Assembly: GCF_018350175.1 (NCBI RefSeq)
Contig: NC_058370.1
Span: 138,384,001 to 138,448,000, forward strand
DNA from: Felis catus
Lineage: Eukaryota
Length of the DNA: 64,000 bases
Direction of reading: 5' to 3'
Both the position numbers and the translations under genes were made by a program. Shown here one piece after another: positions 11,320 to 23,224 of the stretch (its first letter is position 1; every line of letters begins with the position of its first letter). The notes under the pieces are model-generated. The model did no database searches and was not told the origin of the DNA. It worked only from the letters and a program-made list of their open reading frames with translations.

Positions 11320-14231
11320 AAAGAGGACCAGAACGGGGCCACATCCCTTACTTTGTGCAGGTGTCCTAGGACAACAGACAGACGCCTTCCTGTCTCAGGT
11401 TTGTTGAGTTCCCCGCACGCGGAGAACGGCTGACGCAGACTCCCTTGCCCTCATCATGCCAGCAAGACCACGTGTTAGGGGGGCCGTGGCAGCGGTATCG
11501 GACCACAGCGTGCCGATACAGCTCACACTAGACGGTCCTAGCACCGACGTCTGAAGGCCGCGCACAAAGTGTGTTTACGTGCATGACCCGAGAAATTCAT
11601 GTCGTTTCTAGAATTTCAGTTTACGTTTCCCTGAAAACCGTGGATCAGAGTGTGTTTCGTTGAACTCTCGTGTGACCCGACCAGTGTCTCCCAGAACGGG
11701 TCGGCTGACCCAGTGGATGCCAGTGTGTCCAAGGCACTGGTTTAGAAGAACGTAGCTTTTAGTTCTATTTGTGATGATTTAAACGTGAGCTTTAAATACG
11801 AAAGTTTCGAGCCTGAACTAACTCCGTGGGTGAGAATGTTTAAACATTTTCTCACTGTTTGAAAAATGGGGTGGGGGAGAGGAAAGAAAAGTAGAACAAA
11901 AAGCGGAGGAAGAACCTGAACCACTATTTGGAATTTGGGTAGACGGTTTTATTTCAAAACGTGCTTTTATTCACAAGTCCGCTTTGAACTTGCTGAGAAG
12001 ACCCAGGGGCACAGGAGGGTTACTGCACCTGCCCCAGGGAGGGAGCAGTGTCCCCGTGCTGTCCGGCGTGCACCCCTGTCCGAGCCCCAGGGGCACCGGC
12101 CACCGTGGGCCAGTGTCGGGGTGTCCTTGGAGGAGCAGAGCTGTGACCTCTGGGTGTCAGGTGGGCCTTCGGTTCTGGCGATGGTCCGTCATGTGGAGGA
12201 TGGACCGAGTCCTGGCTGTGCCTCGCGACTCTCTCTGGGGCAGAAGGACGGGACGGTGGCAACCTGGCGTAGAAGCCATGCTCAGGCAGGGCCAGGCAGC
12301 GTGCCCATCAGCTGTGTCCACCCTTAGGAGGAGCCCGTGGACCTCAGGCATTCCCATCGGGGGAGGCTTCTCGGGGGTGCCAGTCTGGTGATTAGTGCCC
12401 ATGTTTCCCTATGTCCACACTCAGGAAACGGGCGCCTGTCTGTTGCTGGGTCCTCGGTGTCAGAGTGCTGACCGGGGCTGTGAATGCTGACGTCAGCCTC
12501 CACAAAAGAGACAAACGTCCGAGGAAGATGCCGTCCCCCTCACGCCCGGCCTGTGGCTCTTCTGCTCTGGCTCTGACCGGAAGTGTAGTTATTACCTGAT
12601 GGCACTCGGAGTCTGTCCAGATGAGGGGTGTCAGAGCAAGCAAGCCACCCCCTCCGGCACCAGCTGGCCTGCCAGGGTGCCTGGGCCATGCCGGGACGCC
12701 AGCCTGCCCCTGGAAGAATCTGCGTGGCTCAGCCGTCGGGAGCCCACATGTCCACAGAACTGGTCGAAGCGTGCCTCTCTACTTACAGTGTCCTTCCCTT
12801 AATCCGTGCGGTGCCCGTGCAGAGCCTGTGTGTTCGGTTCCGTATGTTCCACCAGGAGGACATTAACTGGATTGCCAGCTCTCTGTGTTTGAAGGAGATG
12901 TATAACCTGGGGAACTAATTTATTGGATTTTAAAAGGGTTTTTTCGAAATTCTGCTTGTAACCAATGACTTGGCAGATATGTTTCCTTCTTTTCAGTGAA
13001 GTAAGAACCCTGATGGGTTGTATAATGCGGCGGGAACCACATTGGTCACACGGCCGTCCCTTGTGCATTAGAGTCCGCCTGTGTCCCAGCCGCGTGAGGC
13101 TGCGGCCTTGTGGGCATCCAGCCTTTCATGGACTTCCCACCCCCGGTGGCTGCAGAGAGGAGGTAAGGTGTGCAAATGCTGTGGACTTAAATTATTAAAT
13201 TTGCGTTGAGGCTGTTTTAAGAATTTCTGGTGTCCTTTGCGCTGCCCTCACCCTGGGTGCCGGCATCCAGAGTGTGAATCATTCATTTTGGAATCCCTTA
13301 TCTGAAGCACAGAGGCATGTATTTTGTTTGATCAGCATGAAACCTGCCAAATTAGAACCATCATTCCTGCCATTATGGTCCTCGTTAACTGCCTCCAAGA
13401 AGTTTAGATTTTTTATTTGGGTTTATTTACAGAAACAGCCCTTTTCTCGTATTTTCCTCTCCGTGATTATGAGGGGTATTGCACACTTACATTAGGTATA
13501 TGCGACTTTGTTCTCCACTTGTTAATGTAATTTTATGTCCTCTCAAATTCACTGGCGGAGTGTGATAAAGCAGAAAAATGGATGATTTTTATGAACAGAG
13601 AAATAAACCTCTTCGTTTGGAGCAGCAAGTATGGCAGAAATTCTAGGTTATTTTCTTATGTTTATAGCATTAGTTTCATGGTGATGATCCACGATAAAAT
13701 AGAATCTCTCTTCTCACTGCACTTTGCATACTCCGGTTATCCCAAGGTGTCTGTTACTGGGCACAAACACCAATGATTTTAGGGGTTGCTACCTAGAAAC
13801 CAACAGTGGATTTTTCTGACGCCTCGCCCAGGATGGGTGGTGACAGGAGAGGCAGGAGCGGGCCCCGCGGCAGCGTGACCGTGGGTGCTGCGGAGCACCT
13901 GTTTACCGCAGGTTCGAGGAAACGCCTGGAAAGGCCCACTCTTGGGAAGGGTCCAGTCGCTGAGCCTTCCCGCTCGGTGGCACGTGGCCCCGCAGAGGCA
14001 TGGAGAGATGCGGTCGTCACTGGAGCCGTAGGACGAGGGGCTTCCGGTGGGGAGCGCGGGGTGTGGTGCCCAGGTGCCAGGCGCGGTGGAGGGGGCAGAG
14101 CAGCCCCGTGCGGCTGGCGGCAGCTCTGGGCGCGTGGTCGCCTGCTTCGCGGCCAAGAAGGTGAACCTGGGCTTTCTGTTGTTACATGGAGATCCGCCAG
14201 TGCTATTTCTTGTTTGACGGGAGCGTGTATA

Positions 14232-14435
14232 GGGGCGCCTGGGTGGCGCAGTTGGTTAAGCGTCCGACTTCAGTCAGGTCATGATCTCGCGGTCCGTGAG
14301 TTCGAGCCCCGCATCAGGCTCTGGGCTGATGGCTCGGAGCCTGGAGCCTGTTTCCGATTCTGTGTCTCCCTCTCTCTCTGCCCCTCCCCCGTTCATGCTC
14401 TGTCTCTCTCTGTCCCAAAAATAAATAAACGTTGA
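14232..14435 (+). mobile_element. Young felid Can-SINE lacking a poly-A tail
   Basis: Full head and body ending ...AATAAACGTTGA; direct repeat TTGACGGGAGCGTGTAT at 14214-14230 and 14432-14448. Confidence 0.96.
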
Positions 14436-15214
14436 CGGGAGCGTGTATTTCCTCCCTTTCTGTGTGTGTGTGTGGGGGGGGGGGTTTGTTTTTTCTTACA
14501 GTTTTTAACAGTGAGCCGCGCCCCTGCCCTGTGCTGCTGGGACGGGAAGGTGCGCGTCCTGAACCGAGCCCACGGCTTGTTTCTCATGCAGTCCCCCCTC
14601 GCTCCTGGGTGGGAAGTGAGGGTGTGGCGATCTGTCGTCCCACCTCGGTCCCCGTCCTGTCCTCTCAGGGCACGAGCACACTCACCCTTCCTGCCTCCCC
14701 TGACCTCCTGGGGACTCCCCAGGCCTGGGGCCGCCCCCGATGGTGAAGTGTGGGGCTTTCCTTCCCATGCACGCCACACCGTTGGTGGCTTTCTCCTTAA
14801 TCTAGGCCTTTCCAGGAGAGCTAGCCAACTGTTGGTGACAGAGCCCATGGAAGTTTCTAAAGAACCTGTTTTCTCCTTCCTGGTTTTGCTTCAGGAATCT
14901 CTGGGTCTCCAATCTCTGTGGCGAGATTAACTCTTGCATCCATCGCGTAAAAGGCAGACGTGTTCCCTTTCTTTCTGATGCCGTGTAATTCAGAGATTAC
15001 AAATTTAAATCCTCTCAGGAATGAATGGCACATATTCAGAGGCATACCTTGGTTCCGTCCTGTAGCTTATTCAGTCACCTCTCCCAAGGAGGCGTTTCCT
15101 CTTTGAGGAGCAAAAGTCTTAGTGTGGGTGTGTCTTCCTCGGAAGGCTGAGGCTCTTCTCCCACGTGTATTCTGTGTTAATGCTCCAAGTACAGGCCTTA
15201 GCTCCAGCTTAGCT

Positions 15215-15325
15215 GGTGTGTGTGCACATGTATGTGAGGTGTGTGGGGTGTGCGTGTGTGTGTGGGCTGTGTGCGTGTGTGGGGGGTGTGCGTGTGTGTA
15301 GGGAATGTGGGGTGTGTGTGCATGT
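15215..15325. repeat. Degenerate (TG)n tract
   Basis: TG-rich low-complexity run. Confidence 0.8.
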
Positions 15326-18039
15326 GACAGTAACTCAGGGAACTCCAGAATGTTCTCAGATGCCAGGGGGAAGATCGCCTGATGCCTGGCTGACTTTTGC
15401 ACCGACGGTCACCAGAGGAAGCGCAGGTGCCACGGAAAGTGATGTTGAGGACTCAGGACCAAAGCCACTGGGCACGAAGTGGGCGGGACAGCGACGCGTG
15501 ATGGGGCTCTGGCGCCTTTCAGAATAGGTCAGGATTCGAGTTTCTGGCCTCCCTGAGGATTTTTTTTCCTAAATCCTGGTGGCATTCTCTTGGTGTGTGT
15601 AAGGGGGGTAATTTCACTATCGCAGGCCAAGTTGGAAGGTGGGGTTAGGGTTTTTCGACAGGAGGCTGTCGGCGTCTAGGGTGGGCCGGTCTTGGCTGTT
15701 GACGGCTGTTTGCGGGCCACGGCTGCGTCCCCCCAGCCTCTGAGGACTGGGCCCTCCACACTGGCACTCCCTGTGCAGCCAACGCCCGACTGCATCCGAC
15801 AGTGTCCAGCTCAGGGAGCGCCGACTTTGTGCGGGCTGTGCTCAATACCGACTCGCCTGTCTTCCCGAACCTGGGACGTTGGCGTGCCGCTGTTAGCCCC
15901 CGGACAGATGAGGATCTAAAGCCCAGAGCGATTAGAAGTCGCAGGCATGCATACAACGGAATTTGGGTGGCCTTTGGGAAGAATTCCGTTTCCTTGACAT
16001 GGAAACTTACCCAAGACACGTTTAAAGTAAAGCACGCAGCAGAGTGATGTCACCAGCGTGTCTGCGGATGTGACTGTGGTCGTATTACCCGCGTCAGCAC
16101 GTGTATTGGCAGAGACCTGGACGCTTGTCCCCTGTCGTGGGGTCCTCTCCACTGGGGGGCAACACAAGAGGCTTGCACTTCTGTCAAGTTTAAACACTCT
16201 TAATGAGCACTTATGACTTGAAACTAGGATATAAAATATGGCAGCTTCAAACGGGATCTCGGGGAGGCCGGGGCTATGGCTTCATGTGTTTTATTGAGGG
16301 GAGAGCTCCTTCTTCGCCCACATAGGGCCACTTATTACTGAGCTTGTTAGTCACCAGTGTACGTGCTGCTGCAGCTCAGGTAACAGGGAGCGTGAGGCAG
16401 GTGCCGGCAGGACGCGTGCAGTAGCCAGAAGGGAGGCAGGCAGCTGCCGGCAGACTCCCAGACTCCGCTGGCATCGAAGCAGACCCCAGTATAAAAGGCC
16501 AGTGACTTGGGGCCCTTTCATACGGGCCCCAGCGCTGTCCCACAGAGGGAGAGGGATGCAGCCCAGTGCCAGCCAGTGCGCGGGGACGGGTCGTCTCGGC
16601 CAGGCTGCGTGTTCGCCGCACGGGCAGAAAAGGTCCAAGGGATATGCCGTGTACGCTTCAAAGGAAATCTACCCCAAATGCTTGCGGTGATAGGAAAGAC
16701 CAAGGTTAGTGGTCCGAAGCAGCGGTCTCCAAAGTTCGGTGTCAGAAGGAGATAGTTTGACGTCACGACCCTCCCGTCTCCCCCAGCACACATATCTGCG
16801 CTGTGACGAGAGTTTCACAAAATGCCACCTACTGTGAAAGCAGGCGAGTGCGAGCAGGGGGGCTGGCTGTGGCACGAGGAGGCCCGTGCCTGGCCACCTG
16901 AAGGACTGCGTGTGGGGACGAGGATTCTGGAGCAGACGGACGTGGTGGGCGGAACGGCCTTGGTGGAGGCTGCAGGTGGATCTCGTGCTGTGTCGTGCTG
17001 TCTCATCACGTGCACGGCGGACTGTGCTACTGGGCCATGTGAGACCGCCAGCGGGGCCCGGAGCCTTCACCACTGCGGCGCGGCTCTTCTCAGGGGGAGT
17101 CCCCCGGTGGTTGGAAGCGGGCTGGTTGGACAGACGGCTCAAACCCCGAGCCTGACAGCCTTCTGCGTCCCACGGCATGTGACGGGTGCCCCAGATGTCA
17201 TTGGTTCTGCTTTGCTCGTGCCGCCCTCCTGTTCTCAGTGGCGCCCCAGCTGACAGTGGTGTTCCTGTAAGAACAAGACCTCGACAGGTGTCTGTATTTT
17301 GGCGATGGGAAAGCACACACAGGCCCAGAGAGGGACTAAACTTGGGCTGTTGGTGGGCCACGTTCTCAGCTGACGGGGCAGTTAGTGGGAAAGTAGGAGC
17401 CAGGCAGACGGCGTTTCCAGGCAGGAGCTGGACGATTGTGAAGCCGAGGGCGAACTCGGTCAGGTTTGTGCAAAGCGAGAAGTCAGACATTAAAAAATAA
17501 GATTCAAAAGCTTTATCGCTTTTTTATGTAGAATTTGAGAATGATACACGTAAGCAAATGACTCCCAAGGTTTTGCTCGCAGGAGAATTGTAACTCCGGA
17601 GATGGAGAAGGGCGGGGGTGCCGTGGATACCGTGCGTGTGGTATCTAGGGTGGCGTGGACGTGCAGGTAGAGGTGCCCGTGGGGGTAGGCGTGGGGCTGC
17701 GGGGGGGCAGCCGGTGGCTCAGTCTTGGCTTGCTGGGCAGGAACCCCCCCTGCAGTACAGCGCCCGGAGAGGGGGGGAGGGGCGGCCGGGGTAGACAGGG
17801 AAGTGCGGGCACCGATCTCATCCCGCACTTGGCCCGCGGGGTGTGCAGTGGCCCGGGGAGAGTTGGGGAGCCAGCAAGACTGCCTCTTGATGAGGTGCCT
17901 TCGAGACTAAGTAGCCAGCCCTCTTGCATGGGTCCCAAGGTGGACCGATCCTCACTGCGTGTGCTTGATAAATAGGCTCTTCGCCCAGCTTTGTCTTTCA
18001 CGGGTTAAAGTGCGCTGGACACATGCCGAGAGGGGGCGT

Positions 18040-18160
18040 AATTAATTCTTCATTCACGATTTCCCTCAACACCTCTTTGTTAAGCGCCTCTCCTGTGCGG
18101 GTCAGACTCTGTGCTAGGTGCTTGGCATACAGCAGTGGGCGAGTCTGGGCTTGTGCTGAA
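18040..18160 (-). mobile_element. L2 3'-end remnant
   Basis: cattcacgatttccctcaacacctctttgttaagcgcct...ctgtgctaggtgcttggcatacagcagtg. Confidence 0.55.
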
Positions 18161-18802
18161 TTTGTAGTCTGGCCGGGAAGCCAGCCACGAATGACCAGGG
18201 GCCGCCGCTGACCCAGGACAAGGGCAGTCCGCATGGCCTCCAGGGGTCAGGCCCGCTGGACTTGGTGTTTCAGCCAAGCCCCTTCTGCCTTCCAGAAGCC
18301 CGTCTCTCTTGGTCCTGATCTGCAAACAGATTTTTTTATTGAACTGACCTGTTCTTTCCAGGTTCAGACCTGGTCCTTGAGGAGGGATGGCCGTCCGCAC
18401 GCAGCCTCGGGTCTCTGGAATCGATAGGATCCCTGTGTTCCTGTGTTCAGATTCTGGTGAATCTTCTCTCCGGTCCCTTCCTCACTTTGCCTCGACATTT
18501 ACCTCTGCTGAGACATGGGGGCATCGCAGAGCCATGACTTTTTAGGGACTCGCCTGTTACTCCTCTGAAGACGTATAACCACCTGTACGTGCTTTTCTAC
18601 AGGCTTAGCGGGCCTCTCCCGGGCACTCGGTTTCCTAGACGTCCGCCAAGAATAAGTCTTACCCGGTCCCTCCAAAGGCTGATTGTGGTAGCGCTCGGGA
18701 CTTAGTTGCCACACAGTCTTCTCTGCAGTTTGGACTCGATCCTCCAGCAAATGGGTATGAATGCGCCTTGCTGAACAGGAAGAACTAGGAAATGAGTCTT
18801 CA

Positions 18803-19903
18803 CCCCTTCTCTCCCCTCCCTCTCCTCTCCTCTCTTCCCTCCCTCNNNNNNNNNNNNNNNNNNNNNNNNNNNNNNNNNNNNNNNNNNNNNNNNNNNNNNN
18901 NNNNNNNNNNNNNNNNNNNNNNNNNNNNNNNNNNNNNNNNNNNNNNNNNNNNNNNNNNNNNNNNNNNNNNNNNNNNNNNNNNNNNNNNNNNNNNNNNNNN
19001 NNNNNNNNNNNNNNNNNNNNNNNNNNNNNNNNNNNNNNNNNNNNNNNNNNNNNNNNNNNNNNNNNNNNNNNNNNNNNNNNNNNNNNNNNNNNNNNNNNNN
19101 NNNNNNNNNNNNNNNNNNNNNNNNNNNNNNNNNNNNNNNNNNNNNNNNNNNNNNNNNNNNNNNNNNNNNNNNNNNNNNNCTCCCCTCCTCCCTCCTCCCT
19201 TCCCTCTCCCCTCCCCCTCCCCCCCCTCCCTCCTCCCCTCCCCCTCCTCCCCCTACTCTCCCTCTGCTCTCCTCCTCCCCTGCCCTCCCCCTCCTCCCCC
19301 TACTCTCCCCCTCCTCTCCTCCTCCGCCTCCCCCCCTCCTCCCCTCCCTCTCCCCTCTCCCCTCTCCTCACCTCCTCCCCTCCCTCTACCCTCCTCTGTC
19401 CTCACTTCTTCCCTTCACCCTTCTCCTTCCCTCCCTCCTCTCCCTCCTCTCTTCTCCCTCCTCTCTCCTTACTTCCTCCCTTCTCCCTCGCACCTCTCTC
19501 TAGTCCCTCTCCATCCTTTCCTCCTCCCTCTTCCCCTCACTCTCCTCTGTCCCCCCTCCCCCCTCCTCCTTCTTCTCTCCTCCCCCTCCCCCCTCCTTCT
19601 CTCCTGCCCTCCTCCCTCCTCCCCCTCCCTCCTTCCTCCTCCCTTCCCCCTCCTCCTCCTCCTCCCTCCCTCCTTCTCTCCTCCCCTCTCCCTCCCTCCT
19701 TCCTCCTCCCTTCCCCCTCCTCCCCCTCCCTCCTTCCTCCTCCCTTCCCCCTCCTCCTCCTCCCTCCCTCCTTCTCTCCTCCCCTCTCCCTCCCTCCTTC
19801 CTCCTCCCTTCCCCCTCCTCCCCCTCCCTCCCTCCTCCCTCCTCCTCCCTCTTCTCCTTCCTCCTCCCTTCGCCCTCCTCCCTCCTCCCTCCTCCCTCCC
19901 CTC
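18803..19903. repeat. ~1.1 kb near-pure polypyrimidine (C/T) tract containing an assembly gap
   Basis: Almost only C/T; N gap 18846-19179. Confidence 0.95.
18846..19179. other. Assembly gap (N run)
   Basis: Run of N. Confidence 1.
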
Positions 19904-20648
19904 TGCCATGGGTATCAGTTTTTGTAGCTTGCCCTGTGACCCACATTCCTCCTTCAAACACCCTGCTGCCGTCCGGCCCACGTGTTTGCTCTGTGGTCTT
20001 GGACATCGGAAGCAGATGTGTTAGAACTGTGGGCAGACGGATGGGGAAGGGGAGGTTCTGAGTAAGGGCTCGAGAGACACTGCAATTTAAAACATAAAAC
20101 AAGCACATGAGCTTTAGTGGAGGGATTTTGATTGTGCAGATGCCTTTAAAGCTTTTTCTTGTTTTATGGTTGTTGGCTGTTTTCCCGGCCCTCACGCACT
20201 AGCGGTTAGCTAAATGTACTTTGAAATGGTCTCGTTTTTTTATGCGGCTTCTCTGCTCTTACCTGGATTCTTCACTCTTCCTTGAACTTGTGAGCAAGTA
20301 TTGATCACGTGCTGTGTGCCTCAGACGCCGCTGGTCGCGACGGGGAACGGGAATGGGCTTTGACAGCCTGGGGCTACTCCCCAGCAGACTTTAACCTGGC
20401 CGGGGAAGCCACGGTCAGAAAATTCGTGGTCCGTCTTTGGCATCGAATTGGCTGACCCTTACCCTATGATTTGTTACTTTCCCGGGAATCTCTGGCTTTC
20501 TGGTGTTTCTGTTAAAAATTCCATAAATCCCTGTCACTCAACTTCCTGACTGTAGGGTTGCTGACCCTGGATGGTCAGTTCCTGTCCTGTGGTCATCCCC
20601 ACGGGTCATCCCCACAGGTCATTCCCACGGCCATGCGGCCCTGCCCTG

Positions 20649-20653
<5 letters not shown>

Positions 20654-20691
<38 letters not shown>

Positions 20692-20705
20692 GTGTGTGTG
20701 TGTGT
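20654..20705. repeat. (TG)n microsatellite, ~25 units
   Basis: Near-perfect GT run with one GC interruption. Confidence 0.97.
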
Positions 20706-20794
20706 TGGGGTGGGGGGTAGATGTAGTCTGCGAGTGAGGTCCGGTGAGGAGCTCCTCGTAAGTCCTCCTAGGTGTACCGCTCCTAGAATATCGT

Positions 20795-21091
20795 GTTGAG
20801 GGTGGCATCTTTTTGTCCCCACAAACTCATATGTTGAAACCCTCATCTCCGGTGTGTTGTGTCAGAAGGGGGGGCCCCCGGGAGGTAGATGCGGTCTGAG
20901 GGCGGAGCCCTCTGGGTGGGATAGGGGCCCCTCTCCCTCTCTGCCGCACCCGGGACACTCGAGAAAACAGCGGTCCTCGGCAGAAGCACCCTCGCCGGCT
21001 CCCCGATCTTGCGCAAGTGTGGGAAGGAAACGTGTGCCGCTCAGGCGGCCGGGCCGGCGGGGATCTGTTGCTGCAGCCCGGGCTAAGGGGA
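20795..21091 (+). mobile_element. MaLR (MLT1A-like) solo LTR, GC-shifted
   Basis: tgtccccacaaactcatatgttgaaaccctcatctcc...tgagggcggagccctctgggtgggatag...tgttgctgcagcccgggctaag resembles the MLT1A 5' and 3' ends. Confidence 0.65.
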
Positions 21092-22099
21092 CTGTCGGGC
21101 ACAGGTAAGTGCGGTGTTCTCTCCCGGGACAGGCCGGCGCCGCCCCCTTCAGCCTTCTGTCCCGGTTTGTGTTTTCCCTGGAGCTCCGTGTCAGGCGTGT
21201 GAGCTCCGCAGGGGCTCACCTGTGCAGATGGACTGCCAGGACGGACTTCGGCCACCTTGCTTCGGGAAGCGTCTTCAGAGTTCGGGTTGGCCATCATCGC
21301 AACAAAATCGGAGCGGATTTCAGAACCTCGCTTCCTGGCGTCTCTTCCAGCTGCTGTGTTTTAATTTTATGGGCTGGATTTTGTGCATTTTTTGCCCCTA
21401 GTGTTAGAAGGATGCGCTAGGCCGTGTCTGATGCAGGAATGATCTACGTGGTCATAGTGCTGTGAACTTCACATGCGTTTCTTCAACGGTAAAGGAGAAA
21501 GACGTTGTGTTTTTGAATTATGTTAAATGTTGTGATTAAAAGTAATCATAGCTGCGCTGACGGCCTTGAAAAGCTGGTGTGAGGGACTTGCACCCGGGGC
21601 TGCCCCCACCCCCCGTCAGTGAGTATCATGCCCTGTCTCCTGGCGTCCGCGGTCATTCCCACGTGGCGTCCACGGTCACCCCCATGTGGCAGCGATGTTC
21701 TCCTCTGTATAAGCACTTGAGGGATTCCTCAGGGAGACAGGAACCCTGAAAACTTTTCATCTCCACGGCTTTACCACGGAGGTGATGGGTTTGTGATCTT
21801 TCATCAGTGACTCACGTGTGTGTGTTATCAGCTGGGGTGGCTTTGGCTGCAGGTGACAGGACACTGGCTCAGACTGGCCGGCACGTGATGACATTACGTG
21901 ACATCATAGGCAGGAACCCCCCCCCCCCCCCGTCACTGTGTCAGCCGCGTCCTTGGGCTACGAAAGACGTGGGCATCCTGCCCCAGACGGCAGTGTCTAT
22001 CCTGGGCCTCCTCGAGCCCCGGCCCCCAGCAGGCCGCTTCCTGTCCAGCTGGCACTGCTGGTCACCTGTCCGTCCCTCCATCAACAGGAAGACACATGG

Positions 22100-22390
22100 G
22101 CTCCGGCAGCCACAACAAAGCAGCCCAGGCTGGGGGCCGAAACCACAAACCTTATTTGTCACAGCTCTGGGGGTTGGAGTCCAAGGTCAGGGCATCAGTG
22201 CAGGTCCTGGCGAGAGCCCTCTTCTGGCTGTGTGCTCATGTGGCGGGAGAGAGAGAGACCACAGGGAGAGGCAGCGGTGGGGGGGTCACGTGTGTGCCGG
22301 TGCCATCGCGGCCCGCACTCACCTCCTCGTACCCGGAGGCCCCGCGGCCGAGCGGGGAGGACAGACATTCAGCGGGAGAGGGCGCCCGCG
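22100..22390 (-). mobile_element. MaLR (MLT1-like) LTR remnant
   Basis: cttatttgtcacagctctgggggttggagtccaaggtcaggg...ggcgagagccctcttctggc resembles antisense MLT1. Confidence 0.55.
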
Positions 22391-22478
22391 CGTGGTGGCT
22401 TGGAGTGGGTATGGGGCAGCCACAGACACAGGTGCGGGGCCTCTGGCGTCAAATTAACGGGGCCTCCTCTTCCTGCAG

Positions 22479-22578
22479 TGTGGTGTGGGAGCCCACGGGG
22501 GACGGGAGGAGAGTCATCTCGCTGGCCGACAGCCACATCCTGCTATGGGACCTGCAGGAGAGCTCCAGCCAGGCCGTG
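22479..22578 (+). CDS. EIPR1: EIPR1 coding exon (probably exon 5): (C)[33 protein letters not shown]
   Basis: Acceptor cctcttcctgcag|T, donor GTG|gtgagt; 100 nt, phase 2 to 0. Confidence 0.96.
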
Positions 22579-22639
22579 GTGAGTGACAGGGCTACGGTTT
22601 CCTGTGTTCTGTCGTTTTATATGTTTATTATATTTTATT

Positions 22640-22773
22640 TTAAAATATTTTTAGTGTTTATTTCTGAGAGAGCGAGGCGGAGGTGGGGGCTGGCGGGGGA
22701 GGGCAGAGAGAGTGGGGGACAGAGGATCTGAAGCAGGCTCTGTGCTGACGGCAGAGAGCCCCATGCAGGGCTA
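22640..22773 (-). mobile_element. 5'-truncated Can-SINE
   Basis: tgtttatttctgagagag...ggatctgaagcaggctctgtgctgac...ccccatgcagggct; head missing. Confidence 0.8.
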
Positions 22774-22782
22774 GTTTAAAAA

Positions 22783-22990
22783 GTTTTTTTTAATGTTTAT
22801 TTATTTTTGAGAGAGAGACAGAGCATGAGCCGGGGAGGGGCAGAGAGAGAGGGAGACACAGAATCCGAAGCAGGCTCTAGGCTCCGAGCTGTCAGCACAG
22901 AGCCCGACGCGGGGCCCAAACCCACAAACTGCAAGATCGTGACCTCAGCTGAAGTCGGTTGCTCAACCTCCTGGGCCACCCAGGCGCCCC
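22783..22990 (-). mobile_element. Can-SINE, full length
   Basis: Poly-T, tttatttatttttgagagagag...gccacccaggcgcccc. Confidence 0.95.
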
Positions 22991-22998
22991 TTAAAGGG

Positions 22999-23224
22999 TT
23001 TTTTTTTTTTTTAAATTTTTAAATGTTTATTTATTTTTGAGAGAGACAGAGACAGAATGTGAGTGGGTTAGGGGCAGAGGGAGAGGGAGACACAGAATCT
23101 GAGGCAGGCTCCCGGCTCTGAGCTGTCAGCACAGAGCCCGACTTGGGGCTCCGACTCACAGACCGTGAGATCGTGACGTGAGCCGAAGTTGGACGCTTAA
23201 CCGGCTGAGCCCCCCAGGGGCCTC
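22999..23224 (-). mobile_element. Can-SINE, full length
   Basis: Poly-T...gagccgaagttggacgcttaaccggctgagcccccc. Confidence 0.93.

Noticed and set aside
18761-20195. Poly-Pro/Ser and Gly/Glu/Arg ORFs (extensin-like)
   Set aside because: Translations of the C/T tract and the N gap.
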